Shown here one piece after another: positions 1 to 7,562 of a stretch of 64,000 nt of DNA; the first letter of the stretch is position 1, and each line of letters starts with the position of its first letter. The DNA is from Bacilli bacterium (GTDB lineage Bacteria; Bacillota_I; Bacilli_A; RFN20; CAG-826). Location of the stretch: positions 14,668 to 78,667 of the forward strand of contig JAKSUZ010000003.1 of assembly GCA_024408505.1 (NCBI GenBank). Reading direction: 5' to 3'. A program made the position numbers and the translations under genes. The notes below the pieces were generated by a model. That model searched no databases. It had not been told where the DNA came from and saw only the letters and a list, made by a program, of their open reading frames with translations.

Positions 1-114
1 GAGTCTCCAAAAGTGATTGAACAAGAAATTGTTAAGGATGGACACGTCGAAGAATCAGTATATAGAAGCGCTCCATCATTTGCAATAATCATTGATGGAA
101 TCACAGAAGAATAA
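1..114 (+). CDS. 3' end of a CDS entering from upstream (...SAPSFAIIIDGITEE*); possibly the binding lipoprotein of the downstream ABC system
   Basis: Frame 1 is open from the window edge to TAA at 112-114 and is followed by a strong terminator. The function is guessed from position only. Confidence 0.4.
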   Translation, partial: ESPKVIEQEIVKDGHVEESVYRSAPSFAIIIDGITEE

Positions 115-121
115 TAATTAA

Positions 122-155
122 AAGACCCGACTTGTTCGTCGGGTCTTCTTTTTTA
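122..155 (+). terminator. Rho-independent terminator/attenuator between the upstream CDS and the ABC ATPase gene
   Basis: Perfect 10-bp stem AAGACCCGAC (122-131) / GTCGGGTCTT (138-147), 6-nt loop, then a T-rich run. Confidence 0.8.
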
Positions 156-162
156 GTTTTTT

Positions 163-2061
163 ATGAAAGAAGCAATTCGATTTGAAAAAGTCACTAAAAC
201 ATTTGGCAAGGTTGTTGCTAATAAAGATGTTTCTTTTTCGGTTGAAAAAGGCAAAATCTACGCAATCTTAGGCGAAAATGGTAGCGGCAAGACTACTTTA
301 ATGAACGTTATCGCAGGCATTTATAAACAAGATGCCGGTAAAGTTTATATTAATGAGAAAGAAGCTCATATTAATTCACCATTAGATGCCTTTAAATACA
401 ATGTGGGTATGATTCACCAACACTTTAAATTGGTGGATGTATTTACTGCTGTAGAAAATGTTGCGCAAGGTTTAAAAGAAGAAGATGTTCCTGAATATAA
501 AGTACTACAAGAAGAATATAAAGATATTGGTACAAGAAAAGAATTAAAGAAGAAGATTAAAAAACTCGAGAAGGAAATTAAGAATTCTCAATTAGTGGAT
601 GTTGAATTACTTCGTAATCAAGCAAAAAGATTAAGAGATAATTATGACATTATCGTTTCGCTTGAAAAGCAAGAACGTCGTGCAAGAAGATATAGTCTAA
701 AAACAATTGAAAAGAGAATGAAGACCATTACTGATCGTTATGGTTTTATTCTTGATCCACACAAACGTGCTTATGACATGTCAGTGAGCGAAAAACAAAC
801 ACTTGAAATTGTTAAAGCTCTTAATCGTGGTGTTAACATTTTGATTCTTGATGAACCAACTGCAGTTTTAACTCCACAAGAAACTTCTCATTTGTTTGCG
901 GCGTTACGTAATATGAAAGAACACGGTAACACTGTGATTATCATTACACATAAATTAAATGAAGTTATGGAAATCTCAGATAAAGTAGTTGTGTTACGTA
1001 AAGGCGAATATGTTGGCGAAATTAATACAAGACAGGCTACTACATCTAAATTAACTGAAATGATGGTTGGTAAGAAAATTACTCTTGATATTAAAAGAAG
1101 CAAACCAGTTAATCCAACTGATCGTTTAATTGTTTCGCACCTTAAATTAAGAAATAAAGAAGGCGGATTTGCAATTGATGATGTTAGCTTTGAAGCTCGT
1201 TCTGGTGAAATACTTGGCATTGCTGGTATTTCTGGTAATGGACAAAAAGAATTATTAGAATCAATTGCGGGTTTATATCCAATTAATGCTGGTGATATCA
1301 CCCTAATTAATCCAAAGAAAGACCAACCATTAACTATACTTCACAAAACGTTTAAAGAAGTTAGAGATTTAGCATCAAAAGGTGCGTTCTATTATAAAGA
1401 TGGTAGCGATGTTAAATTGGATGGTAAAAGTAATAAAGAGATTGCTCAATTAGTTAAAGATAAGAAGATTATCTTCAAAGATAACGAAATAGTTGATATC
1501 GCTGAGAAGGATCCATTAACCATCCGTGAAGCAGGAATCCACTTAGCATTTGTCCCTGAAGATCGTTTAGGTATGGGTTTAGTTGGTGATATGGATATTG
1601 TTGATAATATGATGCTTAGAACATATAAGCATGGTAAAGGTCCATTCTTACATCGTGAAAAGCCAAGTAAGACTGCTGAAAATATTATTAAAGAATTAGA
1701 AGTTGTTACGCCAAATAAGAATACACAAGTTAGATTGCTTTCTGGTGGTAACATTCAAAAAGTATTAGTAGGACGTGAAATTGTTTTTGCACCTAAAGTG
1801 TTTATGACCGCTTACCCAGTAAGAGGTCTTGATATTAACTCTTCTTACGCAATTTACAATTTACTTGAGAAGCAGAAGAAAGAAGGCGTTGCGGTTATTT
1901 ATGTTGGTGAAGATTTAGACGTTTTATTACAACTCTGTGATCGCATCTTAGTCCTTTGCCAAGGTAAAGTAGCAGGTATTTTTGATCCAAAGAAAGTTAC
2001 CAAAGAGAAACTTGGATTATATATGACAAATGGAGGGCCAGGACATGTTCAAAAAGCCTAG
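163..2061 (+). CDS. ABC transporter ATP-binding protein with two fused NBDs (BMP/nucleoside-sugar importer type) and two large insertions
   Basis: NBD1 has Walker A GENGSGKTT, signature SVSEKQ and Walker B ILILDEPT. NBD2 has GISGNGQ and LSGGNIQK. It is followed by two permease genes. Confidence 0.9.
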   Translation: MKEAIRFEKVTKTFGKVVANKDVSFSVEKGKIYAILGENGSGKTTLMNVIAGIYKQDAGKVYINEKEAHINSPLDAFKYNVGMIHQHFKLVDVFTAVENVAQGLKEEDVPEYKVLQEEYKDIGTRKELKKKIKKLEKEIKNSQLVDVELLRNQAKRLRDNYDIIVSLEKQERRARRYSLKTIEKRMKTITDRYGFILDPHKRAYDMSVSEKQTLEIVKALNRGVNILILDEPTAVLTPQETSHLFAALRNMKEHGNTVIIITHKLNEVMEISDKVVVLRKGEYVGEINTRQATTSKLTEMMVGKKITLDIKRSKPVNPTDRLIVSHLKLRNKEGGFAIDDVSFEARSGEILGIAGISGNGQKELLESIAGLYPINAGDITLINPKKDQPLTILHKTFKEVRDLASKGAFYYKDGSDVKLDGKSNKEIAQLVKDKKIIFKDNEIVDIAEKDPLTIREAGIHLAFVPEDRLGMGLVGDMDIVDNMMLRTYKHGKGPFLHREKPSKTAENIIKELEVVTPNKNTQVRLLSGGNIQKVLVGREIVFAPKVFMTAYPVRGLDINSSYAIYNLLEKQKKEGVAVIYVGEDLDVLLQLCDRILVLCQGKVAGIFDPKKVTKEKLGLYMTNGGPGHVQKA

Positions 2062-3178
2062 TTTAAGCTTTCCTTTTTATACAACCAAAAGAACCGGTTT
2101 AACATTCTGGCAAACTTGGGCAATTCGCATTGGGGCTATTTTATCAGCGTTTTTATTGGCTGGAATTTTATGCACGATTATTAGTCCAGGTTCATTTGGC
2201 AAATTCTTTGCAGGAATGTTTGTTGGTAATTTCTCTACATCTTCCTATATATTTAATTTACTTTGTTGCATCTGCACTTATTTACTTTTATCGATCGCTG
2301 TAGCACCAGCTTTCAAAATGAAATTTTGGAACATCGGCGGCGAAGGCCAAGCGATGGTAGGAGCGATTGTCACTGCTGTAATGTTGTTATTGTTACCTAG
2401 ATCCATACCTAATACTGTTGTTATCTTGCTAGCGCTTGTTACTGCAATCGCTGCTGGTATTGTATGGGCGCTTATCCCTACAATCTTTAAGATTAAATTT
2501 AATACTAACGAAACATTATTTACTTTAATGATGAACTATATTGCAACTGCTCTTGCAGGATTCGCAATTGCTAAATGTTCCAAATCCGGCAGCCAAACCT
2601 TCCCATTAATTTCAAACGATAGAACAATTATTCAAATCGGCAGTGTTAAATATCTTCCGTTTATTATCGCTGCGGTACTACTTACGGTTGTTATTTATAT
2701 ATATTTAACTAAAACAAAACATGGCTTTGAATTATCGGTTTTAGGTGATTCACGTAACACCGCTCGTTATACTGGTATTAATATTAACAAAGTTATTTTA
2801 AGAACAATGATTATTTCTGGCGCTATTGCTGGATTAGTCGGTTTCTTATTAGTTTGTGGACAAAAACAAACATTAACCGAGAACTTAGTAGGCGGAAAAG
2901 GATTTACCGCTGTATTAATTGCCTGGCTAGGACACTTCAACCCTGCTGAAATTGCCTTATATAGTGCGCTTGTTGGTTTCTTTGATCAAGGTACAACCTA
3001 TGTTGCGGGCCAAGTTAAAGTATCAACCAGTCACTTCTCTGGTTTAATTATTGGCTTATTCATTCTTATTGTTGTTTCTTCTGAATTCTTTGTAAGATAT
3101 CAAATTCATGTTAGACACAAAGAAGACAAAGTTAACAAAGATAAGAAAATCGCTAAAGCTAAAAAGGAGGCCAAATAA
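2045..3178 (+). CDS. ABC transporter permease (BMP-family importer, first permease)
   Basis: Polytopic membrane protein downstream of the ATPase. GGAGG at 2032-2036 favours ATG 2045 over the ORF-track start at 2030. Confidence 0.8.
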   Translation: MFKKPSLSFPFYTTKRTGLTFWQTWAIRIGAILSAFLLAGILCTIISPGSFGKFFAGMFVGNFSTSSYIFNLLCCICTYLLLSIAVAPAFKMKFWNIGGEGQAMVGAIVTAVMLLLLPRSIPNTVVILLALVTAIAAGIVWALIPTIFKIKFNTNETLFTLMMNYIATALAGFAIAKCSKSGSQTFPLISNDRTIIQIGSVKYLPFIIAAVLLTVVIYIYLTKTKHGFELSVLGDSRNTARYTGININKVILRTMIISGAIAGLVGFLLVCGQKQTLTENLVGGKGFTAVLIAWLGHFNPAEIALYSALVGFFDQGTTYVAGQVKVSTSHFSGLIIGLFILIVVSSEFFVRYQIHVRHKEDKVNKDKKIAKAKKEAK

Positions 3179-3180
3179 GT

Positions 3181-4152
3181 ATGTTTGTTTCTCTTTTTGC
3201 TCGTGCCTTTAGAATGATGGCGGTTTATATCTTCGGTGCTTCTGGTGATACGGTTATTGAAAAAGGTGGCCATCTTAATATGGGCGTTCCTGGCATTATG
3301 TTTATTGGTGCTTTAGGCGGAATTATCGGTGAAGTCACTTATGCAAACAATGTTCCGGCAGGCACGCCGCTCAATGGATTCTTAATCATATTTGTCCCTT
3401 TAATCTTTGCGCTTATTTTTGGCGCTTTAGCTGGCTTATTATATTGTTTCTTAACCGTTACTCTTAAATGTAATCAAAACGTCGTAGGCTTATCATTAAC
3501 AACATTTGGTGTTGGTTTAGCTAGATTCAGTATCGCTGGTCTTACCGGTATTAAGGGTTCTCGTGTTTCTGAAGCCGGCTTAATGTTACAAAATTTATTC
3601 CCTGGTTATAAAGCGGCAGGGGCATTTGGTGAAATGTTCCTATCTGGTAGCTTCTTCACCTATTTTGCAATTATCCTTGCAATCGCCATTTCTATCTTTA
3701 TGGCAAAAACTAAAACAGGTCTTAATTTAAGAGCGGTTGGTGAGAACCCGGCTTCTGCTGATGCTGCAGGTATCAATGTTACTAAATATCGTTATTTATC
3801 TACGATGATCGGCTCAGGCATAGTTGCTCTTGGTGGTTTAACTTATGTTCTTGATGTAGAAATGGGTGTTTATGCTGCAACTGATATTGTTGATTCATTT
3901 GGTTGGTTAGCACTCTCTATTGTCATTCTTTGTGCTTGGAGAAGCTGGATTACCATTCCAGTCAGTTTAGTCATTGGTATGTTATCTATTCTCCCAGTCT
4001 ATTTAAGCTTAAGCACAGAAGTAGCTAAATTAGTTAGTGCGGTACCTTATGTCGCAACCGTAATTGTTCTTATCATCTCTAGTGCAATTGGTTCTAAGAA
4101 GATGCAACCACCTGCGGGTCTTGGTAAGACGTATTTCCGCGAAGATCGTTAA
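3181..4152 (+). CDS. ABC transporter permease (second permease)
   Basis: Polytopic membrane protein, 323 aa, starting 2 nt after the previous stop. Confidence 0.8.
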   Translation: MFVSLFARAFRMMAVYIFGASGDTVIEKGGHLNMGVPGIMFIGALGGIIGEVTYANNVPAGTPLNGFLIIFVPLIFALIFGALAGLLYCFLTVTLKCNQNVVGLSLTTFGVGLARFSIAGLTGIKGSRVSEAGLMLQNLFPGYKAAGAFGEMFLSGSFFTYFAIILAIAISIFMAKTKTGLNLRAVGENPASADAAGINVTKYRYLSTMIGSGIVALGGLTYVLDVEMGVYAATDIVDSFGWLALSIVILCAWRSWITIPVSLVIGMLSILPVYLSLSTEVAKLVSAVPYVATVIVLIISSAIGSKKMQPPAGLGKTYFREDR

Positions 4153-4160
4153 TATAAATA

Positions 4161-4778
4161 ATGAAAAAGTACTCTTTATATCTCTTTGATTTTGATGGCA
4201 CTCTTTTTGATACTATTGAATCACTCAAAGAAATATATAAATTAACTTTTGCTAAATATGGAATAGTTCCTACTAAAGAGGACTATACAACTTTTATTAC
4301 TCTTTCTTTACCTAGAGCAATGAAATATAAAGGTATAGATATGAAGTATCAAAAAGAATTTTGTAAGTTCTTTAACAGCAATGTTTTATGCGATTCAGTA
4401 GTAAGGAAGACTAAGCTTTATCCTGATAGCATGAAGTTTATGAAATTCTTAGAAAAGAGCGATATCAAATACGGAATAGTAAGTGGTAGTTCTAAACAGC
4501 GTGTATACGATGTTCTCGATTATTTAAAACTTGATCCTAATAAGTTAACCGTCTGTGTTGGTAATGAATCCTATAAACATGCGAAGCCTAATGCTGAACC
4601 TATCAAAGTAGCCTTAAAGAAAGCTGGATTTAAAAAAAGAAAGAATGAAGTAGTCTATATTGGTGATGCTTGGCAAGATGAAGCATGCGCTAAAGCAGCA
4701 GGTGTCGATTATATCAACATTAAGCGCCCACATAATAAAACAGGCGATATAAAATCGTTATTTGATTTATTTAAATAG
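4161..4778 (+). CDS. HAD-superfamily hydrolase (phosphatase, PGP-like)
   Basis: HAD motif I DFDGTLFDT, motif III K...GD(AWQD). Confidence 0.8.
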   Translation: MKKYSLYLFDFDGTLFDTIESLKEIYKLTFAKYGIVPTKEDYTTFITLSLPRAMKYKGIDMKYQKEFCKFFNSNVLCDSVVRKTKLYPDSMKFMKFLEKSDIKYGIVSGSSKQRVYDVLDYLKLDPNKLTVCVGNESYKHAKPNAEPIKVALKKAGFKKRKNEVVYIGDAWQDEACAKAAGVDYINIKRPHNKTGDIKSLFDLFK

Positions 4779-4792
4779 CATCACATATTTTT

Positions 4793-4828
4793 AAAGTTAA
4801 CTAATGAGTGGTTTGGTTAACTTTTTGC
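4793..4828 (+). terminator. Possible terminator after the HAD gene
   Basis: 9-bp stem AAAGTTAAC / GTTAACTTT with a 14-nt loop and a short T run. Confidence 0.4.
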
Positions 4829-4837
4829 TAAACTCAT

Positions 4838-4917
4838 AAATTTTATATTTACATAGTAAATATCTTTAAGTGCGGTGAGGATTTTTGTCTCTTTTTGTTA
4901 ATTAACTAATAGGGAGG
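4838..4917 (+). repeat. Copy A of a conserved upstream module (palindrome TATATTTAC-ATA-GTAAATATc at 4844-4864, then a ...gtgagga...ctctttttgttaa.taactaata.ggagg leader)
   Basis: Aligns by eye at about 70 percent identity with 22211-22286 and 22590-22665. Ends in the SD of the 4926 ORF. Confidence 0.7.
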
Positions 4918-4925
4918 TATTTAAC

Positions 4926-5258
4926 ATGTCATATAAAAATTCACCTCTAGAAGAGGTAAAAGAATTACTTGAAAAATTACCCCCAAATGTATGGATTCGG
5001 GTGTATTATGGTAACAAAGGAAGGCGAGTTAAGGTTATGAAACCTAAAAAGAAGAATAAGTATACGTTAAACGGTCTTGGTTCACGAATGGATCGATTTG
5101 AAACTAAGCTTGATCAACTAGCCATGACTGTTGATAGGTTAGTTGTTACGGTTGATAATTTAGCAAAGTATGTCACCGAAGGCTTTAAACAAATTAACTC
5201 TCGTCTTGATTACATTGTTCAAGCAAATAATTTAAAAGATTTACCTAAAAATAGATAG
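4926..5258 (+). CDS. Small hypothetical protein, paralog of 22323..22592 (C-terminal GFKQINSRLDYIVQANNLKDLPK motif)
   Basis: SD GGGAGG 8 nt upstream. N- and C-terminal similarity to the 22323 ORF. Central coiled-coil-like heptads. Confidence 0.75.
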   Translation: MSYKNSPLEEVKELLEKLPPNVWIRVYYGNKGRRVKVMKPKKKNKYTLNGLGSRMDRFETKLDQLAMTVDRLVVTVDNLAKYVTEGFKQINSRLDYIVQANNLKDLPKNR

Positions 5259-5261
5259 TTG

Positions 5262-5513
5262 TTATTTATTAGGCTTTTCACTAACCGGCTTAACGGCTTT
5301 TACTTCAGGAACTTCATCTAGAAGAATAATTTCGATTCCATCTTTAATCGTTTGATCAATAAAGGCACAGCCTTCACACGCTCCAATCATTTTGATATAA
5401 ACTGTGCCATCAATAAAAGAATCAAATTCGACATCGCCACCATCCCGTTGTAAAAAAGGGCGTACTTTATCTAGAGTCATTTTGATCTTGTTAATAACCT
5501 TCTCATCAGCCAT
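5262..5513 (-). CDS. NifU-like (Nfu C-terminal domain) Fe-S cluster scaffold/carrier protein
   Basis: LQRDGGDVEF...GACEGC motif, 83 aa. Confidence 0.8.
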   Translation of the reverse strand: MADEKVINKIKMTLDKVRPFLQRDGGDVEFDSFIDGTVYIKMIGACEGCAFIDQTIKDGIEIILLDEVPEVKAVKPVSEKPNK

Positions 5514-5535
5514 ATTTAGTATTATACACTTTAAA

Positions 5536-5564
5536 TTGACAAGGTTAACTATCTTCGATAGAAT
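5536..5564 (+). promoter_or_regulatory. Sigma-A type promoter for the 5585 gene
   Basis: TTGACA (5536-5541), 17 nt spacer, TAGAAT (5559-5564). SD AGGAG lies before ATG 5585. Confidence 0.7.
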
Positions 5565-5584
5565 ATGGAAAATAGGAGATTTTT

Positions 5585-5845
5585 ATGAGATATTGTCCTA
5601 ATTGTAAACGCCAAGTAGGTAAGAAATTTACTAATGGTCAGTTATTGCTTCAAATTGTATTATTTGCAGCATTTGCTATTCCAGGCATTATTTATGCAGT
5701 TTGTCATAGCCGCAAATGCCCAATTTGTGGTACCCCAACCGATAAAAATGGACCTGGTGCTAATACTCCAAAAAATGTTAAAAAGCCAGAAGCCAAACTA
5801 GTTACTAAACCAACCGCTAATAAGAAAGTTAAGAAAAAGAAATAG
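5585..5845 (+). CDS. Small zinc-ribbon protein with a hydrophobic segment between the two CxxC knuckles and a lysine-rich tail
   Basis: CPNC ... LLLQIVLFAAFAIPGIIYAV ... CPIC, 86 aa. Confidence 0.7.
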   Translation: MRYCPNCKRQVGKKFTNGQLLLQIVLFAAFAIPGIIYAVCHSRKCPICGTPTDKNGPGANTPKNVKKPEAKLVTKPTANKKVKKKK

Positions 5846-5849
5846 TCTA

Positions 5850-7523
5850 CTATTTTTCTTTAATGTATACTCTCGCCTCATATGGATGAATAATATTTAA
5901 ATTGTTATTTAAATCATTACTTAGTAATAATTTATATCCATCCAACTTCTTCTTCATTACATTCTTAGTATCTTTTTTACTAAATGATGCAATTACCAGC
6001 ATGACATGCTTTTCATCTTCACGAGTGTACACAAATAGCTTATTATTATGCGGATGAAGTAATTTAAATTCGCCATTTCTAGCCACATCATAATTTTTCC
6101 TAATTTTAATTAATTCCTTATAGTAATTAAGAATCGAGTCATTATCATTAAGCGAATCTTTAACATTAATAAAACTCTTATTAGCATTCACCTTTAACCA
6201 TGGCTCTACTTTACTAAACCCAGCATAAGAAGTGTTATCCCATTGCATAGGTGTTCTAGCGTTATCTCTACTAGTATCAAATAGGTGTTTACCCATTAAT
6301 AGTTTTAATAATTTAGATTTCTGCATAGTTTTATAAAAGTTATTAATTTCAACATCTTTAAAATCAGCAATGCTAGTGTAATCCATATTTTGCATACCAA
6401 TCTCTTGGCCTTGATAAATGAATGGAGTGCCTTGTAATAGGAAATAGGAGGTCGCTAACGATTTAGCGGACTTAACCCGATATTCATTTATATCGGTACC
6501 GAATCTACCTGCGCTTCTTCTTTGATCGTGGTTTTCAATAAATAATGGGTTCCAAGCTTTAATCTCACTTAAAGCATATTGTGATTTCGCTAAGCGTTTC
6601 TTAAAACGAGTTAATTTAAACTTACGATATAAGTATTTAACTCCTAAATAACTATCTGAGTCCGTGTGAGAAAAGTTAAAGGCCATATCAAGTTCTTTAT
6701 GTTCAGGGTTCACTAATTGTTTTATATCTTTCAATTTACCCATAACCGCCTCACCAACCGTCATAACATCGTAATCTTTATAGGCATTTTCATATAACAT
6801 TCTTAAATATTCATGTAACAATGGTCCATTCATATAATATTTCTTACCACGTAATACAATTGATGAATCATTTTTATATCTTTGATCTTTACTAATTAAG
6901 TTAATAACGTCACATCTAAAACCATCAACGCCTAAATCTAGCCAGAAACGCAAGATATCAATCACTTCTTTTCTTACTCTTTCGTTTTCCCAATTTAAAT
7001 CTGGCTGTTCTTTAGCAAATAAATGAAGATAGTAATCTTTAGTGTCACCAATTCTTTCCCAAGCTGATCCGCCAAAGAAACTATTCCAGTTATTAGGAGG
7101 TTTCTTTCCATTATTTCTTCCTTGTTTAATAATGTAATAATCTCGATATGGTGAATTAGAATCACTAATCGCGCTTTTAAACCAAGCATGTTCACTAGAA
7201 GTATGATTAACCACTAAATCCATCACTACTTTAATATTTCGTTTATGACATTCTTTAATAAGTTTATTCATATCATTCATTGTGCCAAATGGTTTCCAAA
7301 TATCTCGATAATTAGCGATATCATAACCATTATCGTATTGCGGTGAATCATAAACTGGTGATAACCAAATCGCTCCTATTCCTAAGTCTTTTAAATAATC
7401 TAATTTTGAAATAATACCAGGAATATCACCCATACCATCTTTATTTGAATCACAAAAAGAACGTGGATAAATCTGGTAGAAAACAACATTTTTGTACCAA
7501 TTAGTGTGCTTAGATTTTTCCAT
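5850..7523 (-). CDS. GH13 alpha-glucosidase / oligo-1,6-glucosidase
   Basis: Motifs VFYQIYPRSF, DLVVNHTS, GFRCDVINL and ENHDQ. The start was refined to ATG 7523 (MEKSKHTNWYK), which removes the overlap with the divergent gene. Confidence 0.9.
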   Translation of the reverse strand: MEKSKHTNWYKNVVFYQIYPRSFCDSNKDGMGDIPGIISKLDYLKDLGIGAIWLSPVYDSPQYDNGYDIANYRDIWKPFGTMNDMNKLIKECHKRNIKVVMDLVVNHTSSEHAWFKSAISDSNSPYRDYYIIKQGRNNGKKPPNNWNSFFGGSAWERIGDTKDYYLHLFAKEQPDLNWENERVRKEVIDILRFWLDLGVDGFRCDVINLISKDQRYKNDSSIVLRGKKYYMNGPLLHEYLRMLYENAYKDYDVMTVGEAVMGKLKDIKQLVNPEHKELDMAFNFSHTDSDSYLGVKYLYRKFKLTRFKKRLAKSQYALSEIKAWNPLFIENHDQRRSAGRFGTDINEYRVKSAKSLATSYFLLQGTPFIYQGQEIGMQNMDYTSIADFKDVEINNFYKTMQKSKLLKLLMGKHLFDTSRDNARTPMQWDNTSYAGFSKVEPWLKVNANKSFINVKDSLNDNDSILNYYKELIKIRKNYDVARNGEFKLLHPHNNKLFVYTREDEKHVMLVIASFSKKDTKNVMKKKLDGYKLLLSNDLNNNLNIIHPYEARVYIKEK

Positions 7524-7562
7524 GTTTTTTATTATATAAAAAAATGTAGTAAAATAAAAGAC
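7524..7562. promoter_or_regulatory. 39-bp divergent intergenic region with two back-to-back -10 boxes, each 7 nt from its ATG (leaderless)
   Basis: TAAAAT 7550-7555 lies 7 nt before ATG 7563. TATAAT on the minus strand at 7536-7531 lies 7 nt before ATG 7523. Neither gene has an SD. Confidence 0.6.

Noticed and set aside
888-1754. Minus-strand ORFs 888..1301 and 1446..1754 inside the ABC ATPase gene. The same applies to 6995..7195, 8041..8274, 8900..9142, 9560..9742, 9654..9935, 16551..16847, 27307..27594, 28014..28487, 29410..29604, 29854..30075, 32952..33203, 39419..39795, 41182..41493, 49452..49728, 50060..50263, 50726..50998, 53066..53339, 54546..54848, 55578..56827, 57049..57358, 60316..60546, 61909..62151 and 63231..63566.
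   Set aside because: All are embedded in, or antisense to, long ORFs with clear conserved motifs. Their translations are low-complexity or Ser/Leu/Ile-rich mirror frames with no SD or promoter context.
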